A stretch of DNA of 64,000 nucleotides, from NCBI RefSeq assembly GCF_009914755.1, contig NC_060926.1, one strand, 5' to 3'. The notes beneath the pieces are model-generated. The model saw only the letters and a list, made by a program, of their open reading frames with translations. It had not been told where the DNA came from and did no database searches. The stretch comes from the human T2T-CHM13v2.0 reference genome, Homo sapiens. The translations under genes were made by a program, and so were the position numbers. Shown here in pieces: positions 29,225-42,545 of the stretch. Each line of letters starts with the position of its first letter. Position 1 is the first letter of the stretch.

Positions 29225-29670
29225 TGCTAATGGTTTGGATGTGGTTTGTCTATGCCAAAACTCATGTTGAAATTTGATCCCCAATGTGTCAGTGGTGGGA
29301 GGTGGTGCCTAGTGGAAAGTGTTTGGGTCATGGATGCAGATCCCTTATGAACAGATTAATGCCTCCTGCAGGGGTGAGTGAGTTCTGATTCTTGGGAAGA
29401 ATTAGTTCCCACGAGAGCAGATTGTTAAAGAGAGTGTGGCTTCCTCAGTTTCTTTCTCTCTTGTCATGTTCTTTGCACATACCCACTGCCCTTCTGCTTT
29501 CTGCCATGAGTGGAAGCAGCATGAGGTCATCACTAGAAGCCCAGCAGATACTGGCACCATGCTTCTTGAACTTCCCAGCCTGAAGAACCACAAGAAGAAT
29601 AAGCCTCTTTTCTTTATAAATTACTCAGCTTCTGGTATTCTGTTACAGCAACACAAAATGAACAAAGACA
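29225..29670 (+). mobile_element. MST (MSTB-like) MaLR solo LTR
   Basis: 'tgctaatggtttggatgtggtttgtc...aaaactcatgttgaaatttgatcccc' through 'aacacaaaatgaacaaagaca'. TSD atgct/ttgct. Confidence 0.9.
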
Positions 29671-29729
29671 TTGCTCATGATGCTCCAAATACAATCCTTC
29701 ATGTAGGTGAGGAAAATAAGGCCAACTTT

Positions 29730-30176
29730 GTGTATATACACAACATTTTCTTTGTCCATTCATCTGTTGATGGACATTTAGGTTGATCCTATATCTTGGC
29801 TATTGTGAATAATGCTGCAATGAACATGGGAGTGCAGATATCCCTTCAACATACTGATTTCAGTCTCTGTAGATATGTACCCAGAAGTGGAATGCTGAAT
29901 TATATGGTAGTTGTAGTTTCAGTTTTCTCAGGCACCACCATGTTTTCCATAATGGCTGTACTAATTTATATTTCCACCAACGGTGTTACAAGGGTTTCCT
30001 TTTCTCCACGTCATCACCAACACTTGTTATCATTCATCTTTTTGGTATTAGCCATTCTGATAGGTGTGAGGTGATGTCTCATTGTGTCATTGTATAGACA
30101 TATCAAAACACCACGTTATACCTCATAAATTTATGCAATTATGATGTCAATTAAAAAATATTAATATCACAAAAAT
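29730..30176. mobile_element. L1MA-type insertion with 5' inversion
   Basis: Antisense L1 at 29730-30086 joins a sense 3' tail at 30087-30176. TSD aaaataaggccaacttt/aaaattaggccaccttt. Confidence 0.85.
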
Positions 30177-30639
30177 AAAATTAGGCCACCTTTAAACCTA
30201 ATAGGACCCAACAGCTGCAAATGTGCTTCATATGTCCTATGGCTTTAACCCACAGAACAGCTCCTTGAAGTGAACACTATTCTTTGTGCCCATTTTACAG
30301 ATGTGGAACCCACAGCTGGAGAGGTCCAGTGACTTGTTCAGGATGCACAGCAAATTAATGCCTGTGATTCACCTCTGGGTTTTCTGTCTACAAACCTGTA
30401 GCTCTTTTACACTCCTAGGCTTTGGTTTCTGTTTGTTTGCTTATTTACTTTTTAAATTATTGTTTCCTTTTCACTGTTTGTTTTATTTGTAGTTCAAACA
30501 ATGCCAGTGTTAAGCTCATGATTGTAGGAATTTATTTCTTGCTGATTGTTATCACAATTTTTTTTTTCTTTTAGACCTTACGGTTTACACAGAAAGAGTT
30601 TCATGGCAGAAAAATGGCAACTGTTACATTAGTCACTAA

Positions 30640-31220
30640 AGGAAAAATAAAATTTAATTTAATTAGTGTGTAATTCCACTCCTAGAGAAACTCATGCAGA
30701 GCTGCACTAGGCTGGATGTGTAAGAGTGTTCATAGTGTCACATTGTTCATAGCAGCCATAAACTGGAAAAGAAATCCTAAATGTGCACCACTAGTGGAAT
30801 GAATAAAGGAAGTGTGCTACAGTCAGATGATGGATTACTCTATAGAGTTATAACAATAGGTGAGCTATAGCTACACACAGCAACTTGTGAAAACCTCATA
30901 AACAATGTTGGGCAAAAGATGTAAGATAGTCCATTTATTGAAAACTGAGGAGAAAATGGTGAAACTAAACTAAATTTTGTAGAGCTGAAAAGCATACAGA
31001 GGTGAGAAAACTACAAATAAAACCCAGGCAATTATTACTAAAGTTAGGATACTGATGACCTCTAGGGAGAGACATTGGGTCTGGATCAGGGACGGCCACA
31101 GCATGTGGCCTTAGAGAGCTCATTGTATGCCTGTTTTCTAGTTACGTAGGTGTGGTCTTCATACGTGTACAGTCTTTAATCTCTATATATATGTTTTATG
31201 TCCTTTTTCTGCATGTTTAG
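30640..31220 (+). mobile_element. Ancient L1ME-like fragment
   Basis: 'ttgttcatagcagccataaactggaaa...aaatgtgcaccactagtggaatgaataaa'. Confidence 0.65.
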
Positions 31221-31579
31221 TGTGCTAGCTTTCCTGAACGATATGCTAGTGACTGCTTTTCATGTATGCACACATGCATTCTTCCGTGTAAGTATACGTG
31301 CGTTCATTTAATAGCCAAAGATCTTGCATGATCTCAGGGTCATTATTCTAAATATGTATAGTTTTTGTACAAAATGAAAGAATGTGTTGAAGACTGAATT
31401 GAAGACACTTAGACCTAAATCATCTTGTGGAGGTTTTATTGTTTCAATGTATTTGCCATCTTTTTTTGTTGCCATTTCCCCTTTTTTTGTAAAGCAGAGA
31501 GAAGATAGCAAATACTGAATAATGGTAAACTCGATTAAGCTTACGAGATTACTAAAATCTTAACATCTTAGACTTACAA

Positions 31580-31710
31580 GTAGATGAATACGAAATTTAT
31601 TGTTCAAACTGGGATACTTTTGGAAGTAAAAGGTGGCACTACTGATTACACTGAATCAGACATAAACCAGAATCATCTATGGTAAATAAAATTGTATAGT
31701 CATGTTACCT
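31580..31710. mobile_element. MER81-like hAT-Blackjack MITE
   Basis: 'aatttattgttcaaactgggatacttttggaagtaaaaggtggcac'. Confidence 0.65.
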
Positions 31711-31890
31711 GTGGAAATTAAATGGTCTAAACTTACATGAGGAAGTAGTTCTCTTAAATCAAACAAGAAGTATGATTTTCCCAAAGAATGAAGAAGGAAG
31801 AGCTCTTAAAGGAAGCTTCTTGTTTTTCTCCTTGATGACCCCCAGAATTGGCAACCCTGATGCTTATGTGGCCATTGTGCCTAGACTACT

Positions 31891-32332
31891 TGTATCAATT
31901 TCTTGGGTCTGTTCTACTACTGCCACAGACTGGGTGATGACAAAAATTTACTGTTTCATAGATCTGGAGTCTGGAAGTCTGAAATCAAGGTGTTGGTAGA
32001 GCCGTGTTCCCTCTGAAGCCTCTAAGGGAAGATTCTTACTTGCTTCTTCCAGTTTCTGGTAGCTCCAGGCATTCTTTGGCTTGTGACAACATCACTCTAC
32101 TCTCTGCCTCTGTTTTCAGATAACCGTTTTTGAGCGTGACTCTGTTTTCATATAGTTTTCCGTTTTCCTCTTCTTATTAGGATGCTAGTCATACTGAATT
32201 AGTGCCCACCTTAAGAACTTCATCTTAACTATATCTGCACAGATTCTATTTCCAAATAAGGTCACTTTCATAGGTAGTGCAGGTTAGGACTTCAACATTA
32301 TCTTTTTGAGGGACACAATTCAACTCATAACA
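31891..32332 (-). mobile_element. MLT1 (C/D-like) solo LTR
   Basis: 'tctggagtctggaagtctgaaatcaaggtgttgg' through 'gggacacaattcaactcataaca'. Confidence 0.88.
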
Positions 32333-32894
32333 CCACCTTTCGAACAAAAACTGTTTTTTCTTTTTTGGCTCATTGCTTCTTAGCACGGATTGTATGGGCT
32401 AATATTTCAAAAGGAACTTTAGTGAAATTTAAGTGGGAAAATAACAGTCCTATTTCCAAAGAATAATTTCCAAAGAACTATTTCCAGTAAAAGCAGTGAA
32501 GAGTTCTTTGTGTCAAGATAATCAGATTATCGTGGATAATGTCAAGGATGCTGCTGTACTCTCCCCATCTGAGCTCCTTGCCTGTTTCATAGATGAGACC
32601 TGTGGGAGCCATCTTGTTTTTCTAAGACTCGAAGCTATTGTTCTTTGATGTATTGCCCTGTTCACAGTCAAATCCCAACTTCCCCACACTAATCCTTTTT
32701 TCTCTTTCAAACGGCCTTTTCTAACTAAGACATTTCATTGAGTTCTATGAAAGGAATCTGTCTAGGTCACCATTAATTGATACACATAAGTCTAAAGTGG
32801 ACGATCTTGCCTTTTCCTGACCCATGTTATAAGCAAAGTTCCTTCTGGGGAGTTTTGAGACAATATGCTTTGTTCTTTCTCTTTTATTTTTCCC

Positions 32895-34126
32895 CAGCCC
32901 TTGCAGAGAAAGGTCTCCAATACAATATTACAGACGGTAGGCCCCCTGTTATTCAATGCAATTGGATCTTGTAGTTGTAATAAAAAAAAAGAGACTATAA
33001 AAGTGACATACACATACCATTTTTTAGATAAACATATAAGTGTACATACATTTAATAAAATAAATAATATTGCATTATTTAGAAGAGGAAAACTAATTTT
33101 TGTATTATGGTCCAATAATTTTTCAAGTTATGACAACATTAACTCAGATTTTTCAATGCAAAAACTAATTCTTGTGTATTTTTATTTACTATATTAACAA
33201 TTTTTGGCTGCAGCCTTGATCCAATACATCTTACCCTTCTCCTTCTTCTTCATGTTTAGATTCATTTGTTTCTGTCATGATGGGATAATTTCTATATCAT
33301 CCATGATTCCACTTTCTGACACATAATTTCCATTAATTCATTTGTTGTTATCTTCCTTCAATGTCACACATCAGGTGGACTACTCTAAAATTTCTCCCTG
33401 ATAGTGCTGAATAAATGGATGTCATGCCTTTTTTCAACATAGACTTGTCCATCACTTATACGGCTTTTAATTTTTATAACTTTTTGGCATATGAATAATC
33501 TTTTGATTATATGGCCATAGATTTGTTCATTGGAGGTTCACTTTATCTTTATTGTATTTTCCATGCCCATAAATGCATTTTTCATTATTTACAATTTGAG
33601 TTAGAAAGTGGATCTAGAGTTAATGATATTGTACCAACATCAGTTTCCTGGTTTGGACAACGTACGATAATTATGTAAGTTATTATCATGGGGGAAGCTG
33701 AGTGAGAAGGGTACATGGAATGTTCTGTATTATTTTTGCAAATTTTTATGAGTCAAACTATTTCAAAATAAAAATTAGGAAATGGATCTGGAACTAGGAG
33801 ACCTATGTGAAGATATCCAAGTGCAGTATTATTCTGAATTCTCATATATTATTTTACACCAAAACTTTTACAGTTGTCATACTTGCATCTATTTCAACAA
33901 TAGTTTTTAGAACCTTGCTTTAATTTTACTGTAGAGACTCATCTAAGCATTTAATTTTATTTCTGAGAAACAACTTTTATACTCACTAGTGTGAGTACTA
34001 ATTATGTAATAAGCAATAATAAAAGTATAAGTAATAATTAATAAGGCTGCAATTATAGTCACAAGTACACTGGTGTAAATAGGTTTATATACATCCAGAA
34101 CTCAGCCTATAGCCAGGCAGGGGCTG
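32895..34126. mobile_element. Probable ancient AT-rich DNA transposon relic (hAT-Tip100-like), interrupted by an L1
   Basis: Imperfect terminal inverted repeats cagcccttgc / gcaggggctg, subterminal gggcccc and an AT-rich body. No clear TSD. Confidence 0.4.
33616..33777 (+). mobile_element. L1MC/MD 3' tail
   Basis: 'ggggaagctgagtgagaagggtacatggaa...tgtattatttttgcaa...tcaaaataaaaa'. TSD agaaagtggatct/ggaaatggatct. Confidence 0.8.
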
Positions 34127-35090
34127 GAGTGCTTGGAGGTTCTTGGTTTGCTGTGGCTTGCTGTGGGAATTTTTTTCATGTTTGGGCTGGAGTGTTGGCA
34201 GGTTCTTGATTTGCAATGGTTTGCTATAGCAATTTATTCATGTTTTCCAAGCAAATAAAGACTATAAATTTATCCAGCAAGTTAATAACATGCAAGATGG
34301 TTAAGAAAGCTTCTACTATACCACAAGTGCTTAATCTTTCAATAGCAATTCCCTTAAGCTTACTCCTTTCACAGACAAGGAGGAAATGAGGGCTCCAAGA
34401 GTTAGAGTGACTTCCCAAAGACTTGGCGACTCAGAAGCTGCACTGGAGTTAGAACGGAATTTTCCAGTCTCTGAGGTTATGTATATTCCCATCTGGGTAT
34501 CCTTTTATTAAGGTCTTGGCTGAACAGTCCTACAGGAAGCATTAAACTCTTTTTCACCAAATTAGATTTGTAGGCTGGGTGACAACACTGACTTTAGCTT
34601 GAAGAAATTTATAAAGTTTTGTTTGTTTGTTTTGTGTGTGTGTGTTTTTCCTAGAAGATATTCACTTTCTTGCTTGATCTTAAAAACTATATTTAGGCTT
34701 GAAAGCTTAGATATTATAGAAAACTCTTCTCATCACACTGAAAATGAACTTTAAGTAGTTTTAAAGTCCATTGGCCTCCACATCAATTATTCTAGTCTCC
34801 TTCCACTGAACATTAAATTTTCTAGCAGAGATGAATTGCCTCTTGTGAGATTTCACTTCCATTTTGTTCTAGTAGGATTTACACTGCTGCCTTCTCCAGG
34901 CTGTCAAGTTCTCCTTTCTGAGACTTGCCAGGAAGAAGAGTAATGGGACAAGGAACAGGTAAAATCTTGGGGATGTGAATGAAAAAGTAACAGGAAACAC
35001 TTGTGTTTGAATAACGAGGTACTTTGCCCCCTTCTCAAAGGAATTTTGTAAAAACCAAGAATGTCTTACCAAAGAACATTACACAGGGCA

Positions 35091-35468
35091 TTATATGGTT
35101 TGGCTGTGTCCCCACCCAACTCTCATCCTGAATGCTAATCTGAAATGTAATCCCCACGTGTCAGGGGAAGGACCTGGTAGGAGGTGATTGGATCATGGGG
35201 GCAGTTTCCCCTGTGCTGTTCTCATGATAGTGAGTGAGTTCTCATGAGATCTGGTTGTTTGATAAGTGTCTGGTGCTTCCTGCTTCTCTCTCCTTTTCCT
35301 GTCACCATAAAAGATGTGCCTTGCTTCCCCTGTACGTTCCACCATGATTGTAAATTTCCTGAGGCCTTCTCGGCCATGCGGAACGATGAGTCAATTAAAC
35401 ACCTTTTCTTTATAAATTACCCAGTCTCAGGGAGTATCTTCATAGCAGTGTGAAAATGGACTAACATA
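35091..35468 (+). mobile_element. MSTA/THE1-type MaLR solo LTR
   Basis: 'atatggtttggctgtgtccccaccca' through 'gcagtgtgaaaatggactaacata'. Perfect 5-bp TSD gggca. Confidence 0.92.
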
Positions 35469-37379
35469 GGGCATTTTACCAAGAGTGTATATAGATCTTC
35501 TTGTTTATTTTTAGCATTGCTCTGACCTATTTACACATGGATTAACCATCATCCAAAAGTGAAAAATTCAGAGCCTTATACTAGATGTTCCAAGCATCTG
35601 GATGGAGAACAGAGAATGTTTCCAAGGTTTGAATTCTCCTCTCCCAATAAAGAAGCCTGCTGCATGGGGAAGTAAGTGTGGGAAACTGTAATTTAAACCA
35701 AATCCGAGAGCTGTCTGTGGTAGGACTTCTCCTAATCCTTGCCGACGCTGAGGTTCATTGGGAATCTCTAAGAGGAGTTTGAATTCTAAAGCACTTGTCA
35801 ATTATATTTGGTCTGAGAACTTTCTGAAATCATTCTGCATCTCTCTTGGGATTTACATTGGAAAGAGATTAGTTTAGGAAATGCTGATTTTCAAACAATT
35901 CAAGGGAAATGATTTCTCTCCTTCTTACCTGATCCTTTAAGCCTCAGGAAAAGAGGAAGAGAGGCAAATACATTGGAAATTATTTTCACAATTAATCCTT
36001 CCTTATAATTTCCAGTAAAAGTAAGTCATTATTTCTCACCTTCTCAAATGCAGCCACTATTTTTAAAATCTGCTTTTTGCATGACTTCTGGTTAATTAGC
36101 TGCTACAGTTAATTTGATGTGGTGATTCATCAGTGTAATATTTTCTTTTCTGAAAATTACCTATCAAATGGTAATGTTTTCATTTTCAGAGTCTCACTCC
36201 TACCTCGTAACTTACTTTAAAGATAGTATTGTACATATATTTGCCAGAGCTTTTTATAAAAAGGTGATAAAAGTGTGCCCTAGTAAAACTGGGCTGGAAT
36301 CTGTAAAAAACCAACATCCTTTTATAACAATGCTGCTGGGGGATAGTAATGGGATGGATATTGTCTATGAAGTGTTATTTCATAAGAGTATGTTTGGCAG
36401 AGTGGGGGTAGAACTGGGGGTTATTGTTTGACAGACCCTACAGTAACAGAGCATAATACTAAGAAGTTATCCTACATTTGCTTTGCATTTGATAGTTCTA
36501 ATAATTTTTAAGAATCATCTATAATCATTTATAGTTGTTGACATTTTAAATTTCTTATAGTACAGGTGGAATAATGGGAATAGCAAGATGAATAAAGTGC
36601 TTGGCATATAGTTGGCACTCAGTAAAATGTCTGTTTTCTGAAAAAAATTAATATGTTATAAAGAACCAGTAGTGTTCCTGTACTCAAGGTTCTTCATAAT
36701 GTATTAATTATTTCTTTCCTAAATTGGAGAAGTTTATTCTAAAAACTGCTAGTTCCACAAGGATGGCCTTGACATGCACTGAGAAAGGTGGTTTTAATTA
36801 AAGCTACCATGCATCATCATCTGAACTTTGTTTATTGCTTCATGGATCTGATTTAGGAAGAGCAGAGGATGAATAAATTCTTAAATGTGAAACTTGGGTT
36901 GGAAGAATTAGAGGGAAATTAATTTTAAAGTGTAACTAGAGCATAAACGTATTTGCTCTGTCTGTAATCAAATATAAACTTGATTTCTGCTTCTGAAAAA
37001 GCCAATGCCATTGCTCCCCAATGCCAACAGACCTGCTTGCCTGAGAGCATGACACTGGAATATCTGGATGACAGGGTAAGTTTGCAGCATTTCCAGCAGA
37101 CTCAGTCCACACATAAAATGTGAAAACCACTAGAACTAAAAATAGCACTCTTTGGTGTCACAGGATTTCTTCAAAATTTTTAGCAAAGCTTGACCAATGA
37201 CCAATTTGGTTCCCTGTGATGTTTAAAATGTCAAAACACGTTGGGATTTTCAAAAAGTTGACTGCTTTGACGGCTTGCATGTTGTCTATGTGTTGACATT
37301 ATCTGAATCCCAAGCAAAATGATTATGCGCACCAATTGTGTAAAAAAATCCAACCCTATGGGTTATAACCGTAGAAAAA

Positions 37380-37408
37380 TGTGTATGTGTGTTTGTGTTT
37401 GTATGGGG

Positions 37409-37442
<34 letters not shown>
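37380..37442. repeat. (TG)n microsatellite
   Basis: Direct inspection. Confidence 0.95.
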
Positions 37443-37457
37443 ATATCAGATAAATGA

Positions 37458-37861
<404 letters not shown>

Positions 37862-38239
37862 GATCCCTGGTCCTTTCTACTAGCAGAGACTGGATCTAGG
37901 ATTGTGGCTTGATTTCAGTCTCTCTGGTGTTGGAAGAAATGTTTCTGAGGTATTCTGCTCTGAACAGCAGAATTTTCCCTGGGTCTCCAAAGTCTTTAAA
38001 AATGTATTGTCAAGAATCCTAAGGGAGATTCTGTTAATGTGTTATTCTTTCTAGCTGTATTATTAAGTCGACAAGGGAGAGACTACTGTCTTAATCAGCT
38101 CTGTGTATTCAGTGATGAGTTTGCTGTGTGACTCAACAAACATTTGTTGTGAGAATGAAGCACAGATGGCTGGGTGGTGGGAGAATGGCCAATCAATCCT
38201 ATGGGATGGCAACTGCTTTCCCCACTGACCCTAGAGTAT

Positions 38240-38406
38240 GGCGTTTCTCAAACCATGTGGTAGTTAGCATGGTCCAGGGGACACCTGTATCATTTGGGGA
38301 CTTCCTACTGAAGCAGACTTTGTGAAGTTAAGCCTCAGAACCCTGCATTTTCAGCAAGCTCCATCATACAGGTGATCCTCGCACAGATTGCTCTTGACAA
38401 CCACTG
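38240..38406. mobile_element. MER5-family MITE
   Basis: 'tttctcaaaccatgtgg...ctgcattttcagcaagctcc...caggtgatcctc...ttgacaaccactg'. Confidence 0.7.
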
Positions 38407-38684
38407 TCTTTGTGGTTATGTACCTCTCCTTTCCATCTGTACACAAAAGCATCTTAAGGTCACAAAGCTGCCAACTGTGAAACAAGTTGCAGAGTCAGCT
38501 TTGTGAGTGTTAAATTTTCTACATTCACGGCCACCAGACGAGGAGAGAGTGAAAGGTCTGTACAGCTGTAATATCCTTCCACTGGGAGTCATTACCACGT
38601 GCGATCTGTGACCAAATCCTTTGGACAAAATCTCTGGTTTCTGTTTTAATCCAAAACATTACCAAATAGTTAAAAAAAAAGAGA

Positions 38685-38815
38685 AACACCTAATGTAAAT
38701 GATGAGTTAATGAGTGCAGCACACCAACATGGCACATGTATACCTAGGTAACAAACCTGCACGTTTTGTGCACATGTACCCTAGAACTTAAAGTATAATA
38801 ATAAGAAAAAAAAAA
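38685..38815 (+). mobile_element. Younger L1PA 3' tail
   Basis: 'cctaatgtaaatgatgagttaatgagtgcagcacaccaacatggcacatg...ccctagaacttaaagtataataat'. Confidence 0.93.
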
Positions 38816-38838
38816 GAGGGAAACAACTTAAAAGCGCA

Positions 38839-39130
<292 letters not shown>

Positions 39131-39319
39131 AGTTCAATTAAAAAAATTTAATGTATTTGACATAACAAATAAAAAGACTCTGATACATAGAAGTATTTTC
39201 CCCAAATGAGTCTGCTTCTTTTTATGAAAGTAAGAAGTATATGATTAAAAAATAGTGAAGAAGTGCTTCTGTTTCTACGCAGTGTTACTTCTCAGATAAC
39301 ATCCCTTTTAGTCACTATC

Positions 39320-39735
39320 TTTTAGGTCTGATGGTTACTTCTATCGGCTGGAATTTGTTTGTCCACAAGCAGTAGAAAACCCAACAAAAGTGGCCTCAAC
39401 AATTTAGATGTTTATTATCTCACTCAAGAGAAGACTGAACAAAGAACATTCTAGGTCTTATCCAGCAGCTAAACAATTTTTAAAAACTGATCCAGTCTTT
39501 TTCTAGTTTCCAGTTTTTCTACGCTTAATTCATTCTTTCATTATTTTTCTTGTCATCTCATGGTCCTTAGATAAACACTCCTACTCCATTATCATGTAAA
39601 GTTCCAGACAGGAAGAATGGCACAAAGGTCTTGTTTTGCACCTGAAATTTTTATTAGGAAACTAAGTACTCCTCCCAGAGGACCCTATTCGTCTTCCTCT
39701 TATATATCTCATCGGCTAGCACTGGGCTAAAAGGC
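39320..39735 (-). mobile_element. Old MLT1 LTR
   Basis: 'gaaaacccaacaaaagtggcctcaacaatt...tttattatctcac'. Confidence 0.6.
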
Positions 39736-40504
39736 CTTAGCTGGGCAATCGTCAAGGGGAGCTTGTTGAAATCTGGCCTTACACTGGGACTTCTTAAGTG
39801 CTGAAAAGAAAAGAGAGGGTTTTACTCAGGATGGTGAAGTCCACCCTAACAGCTCAATTTTCAATTGTTCAGTTTATTCATTTTCGTTAGAGAGACGTTC
39901 TCTTGTACGGTTCTTGTCATGATGGTGTGTGTTTCTCCTGGGGATCTCATGTCCGGTAGTCAGCTTGGGCTCCTAAGGACAGGCCAGTGTGAATGCATGT
40001 GCATACATATGTGTGCATATCTGTGTGTACATGTGTGTCTCTGTGCATTTGCAAGGGACTGGGTAACATGGGACATTGACTAGAACAGTGGCCAGTAGAT
40101 GGAGTTTCAGCTACCGTCCCCTCTTTCGGAAACTCTTTCCATGTCCATTTTCCTTGCTGACTTAGAAACTGACATTTCCATTGGCTTTTTGTAGGACATA
40201 TGGACTCTTTCTCTTGGTTTTAGCCCTCTGCATATTTTGGGCTTCCTAGTTAACATTTTACCCACTCACGGAATTCCATCCTTTTTCCGAGTTTTAGAAA
40301 TTTGTTAACATCTCCTGCTTGCTGATAGTCCCCGCTTGTTCTTTTTGTGTTCGGTTTTAATTCTGTCACTTTCATTTTACCGGAACCTCAGAGTAAGGTG
40401 ATAGGGAACCTTTTGTGCTAATTTTCATTTTGAACTCACTATTATTCTTGAACTCTTTTAAATCATACTCGCCCTTTCCTTTTCTCATAGTAGCTTATGG
40501 TTTT

Positions 40505-40730
40505 TGACATAGAAAATTGAATACACTTGAACATAAAGATGGGAACAGTACTCACGGGGGGCTACTAAAGGAGGAGGAAGGAAGGAGGCGTGGGCTGCAA
40601 AACTATCTACTGGGTACTGAGCTCACCACCTGGGTGACGAGACCATCTGTACCCCAAACCTCAGCATCATGCGATATACCCATGTAACAAAACTGCACAT
40701 GTAAAATACTTTTTATTTTTTTAAAAAGTG
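40505..40730 (+). mobile_element. L1PB/MA 3' tail
   Basis: 'acctgggtgacgagaccatctgtaccccaaacctcagcatcatgcgatatacccatgtaacaaa'. Confidence 0.88.
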
Positions 40731-40927
40731 AAACAAATTATCTGTTCCTTTTCACAGCTTTGATTCCTACTTTAACACAGGATAACTTGTCTTTTCCCTC
40801 TCGCTAATTCCAATCTTCTTATTTACTCTCCTAAAAGGAACTTCCTCAATAATCCTCGCAGCCTACCAGGTAAAGTCCACACCACAGAGCTGACCCAAGC
40901 CCATCTATTCAGTCTTATCTCTGTATT

Positions 40928-41241
40928 TTTTCTTTTCTTTCTTTCTTCTTTTTTGAGACGGAGTCTCTGTCTGTCACCAAGTCTTGAGTGCGGTGGCATG
41001 ATCGATCTTGGCTCACTGTAGCCTCTGCCTCCTGGGTTCAAGTGATTCTCTTGCCTCAGCTTCTTGAGTAGCTGGGATTACAGGTGTGCACCACCACGCC
41101 CAGATAATTTTTGTATTTTTAACTAGAGACGGGGTTTCACCATGTTGGCCAGACTGGTCTTGAACTCCTGACCTCAAGTGATCTGCCCAACTCGGCCTCC
41201 CAAAGTGTTGGGATTACAGGCTTGAACCACCATGCCAGGCC
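40928..41241 (-). mobile_element. AluS
   Basis: Full dimer with T-rich tail. Confidence 0.96.
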
Positions 41242-42349
41242 TTATCTTGGTATTTCTTAATAATCACTCTGGTGTCAAAACAAACGAAATCACTCATCTT
41301 CCCCCAGCATGCCTTGCTATCTCATGACTCACTGTGTTGTCATCTTTGCCTCAGGAGGCCGAGGTGCTCCCATCCTCCCCACAGCCTTAGCTCCTGCTCC
41401 CTCCTGGGGGACCCTTGCATACATTAAGGGCTTGTGAAGGCTGATTTTCTTTGGGGGTTATGTCTTCTCTCTTCTATATACCCGTGGCACCTTGTATTTT
41501 ATGACATTTGTCAAGTTTTAAAAAATTGTTTATCTGTTTTCTTCCTAATTGTGAGCCCTTGAGGACAGGGGCCTTGTCTTCTCTTTCTCTTGCTATGCTA
41601 GCTCAGGGTTCACCTCACCATTTGTGCTTCTTCAATACCCGTAGGCTAAGTTAATGGCTGCGTTCAATTTTTTTTCCCAACCAGTTACATCTCTGCTCGG
41701 ACCCAAGATAGTTTACTCAGTGAAGAGGATATGCTTCTGCATTTTTGCAGCTCTTCTCTTAAGTTACCTGAAAATACCACCAGGAGAAGCTTACGACAAC
41801 CTTGCCATTGCTGTTGTCACCTCCAGGTAGGGTGTCCCTTCATTGCTGCTGTCATTTTGCCAGACTTAACCTTTATAAGAAAACACATGCTAACCTCTAT
41901 CAATCTTCAGCTTATTTCTTTAATCTACCTGCACTGGTCACATTTGCTCATGAAAGTACAGAAAGAATAATTAGTTTTTTATGGGTCTTAGAGTTATGGA
42001 AATGTTGAGCTTCATGGTACCTTAGAAATTAATGAGAATCAACATTTCATCCATGGATCAGGAAACTGTGTGACCCAAGAGAAGGGAAGCGGCTTCTCAG
42101 GGTCACACAGTGGGTCAGTGATAGAGCTAGAATTAGTGCCTAGCGCTTCAGATGCATTATTAGTGCTTTTTCTAATTTTTGTTAGTGCATTTCACTCACA
42201 CTCACACACACACACACGGTTTTCCAGCTATAGAATTCCTTCTAATGAAATAGAAAATTGCACAAAAGTTTAAGTACTTAGTGCTAAGATATTTGAATTT
42301 ATAAAGCTCTTTGAATTTTTGGAGGTCTACGGGTGCTCCAACAGGAATT

Positions 42350-42545
42350 TTGTTAGAAGGTATAACATTAGCAATGTTAATGAGGGAAATTCTTCATTAT
42401 GTGGGACTGTCTGGAGCCTTGCAGGCCATTTGGCAGTCTTGCCACCCCCAAATCCCAAGATATTGTGACACCCCCACCCCTATGCTTGCTTACATTTCCA
42501 AACACTCTTGATAGTGGCATTATTGCCCAATTGAGAATCACTTTG
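42350..42545. mobile_element. hAT-Charlie MITE
   Basis: 'ttcttcattatgtgggactgtc...ttgtgacac...cccaattgagaatcact'. Confidence 0.6.

Noticed and set aside
33436-33460. Minus-strand SDGQVYV resembling the PIF1/Helitron helicase motif GQxYVALSR
   Set aside because: Only about five residues match, and the frame continues EKRHD rather than ALSR. This is consistent with chance.
40088-40105. CTCF-like motif tggccagtagatggagt
   Set aside because: It mismatches at a core C (GGA instead of GGC) and cannot be supported without ChIP data.
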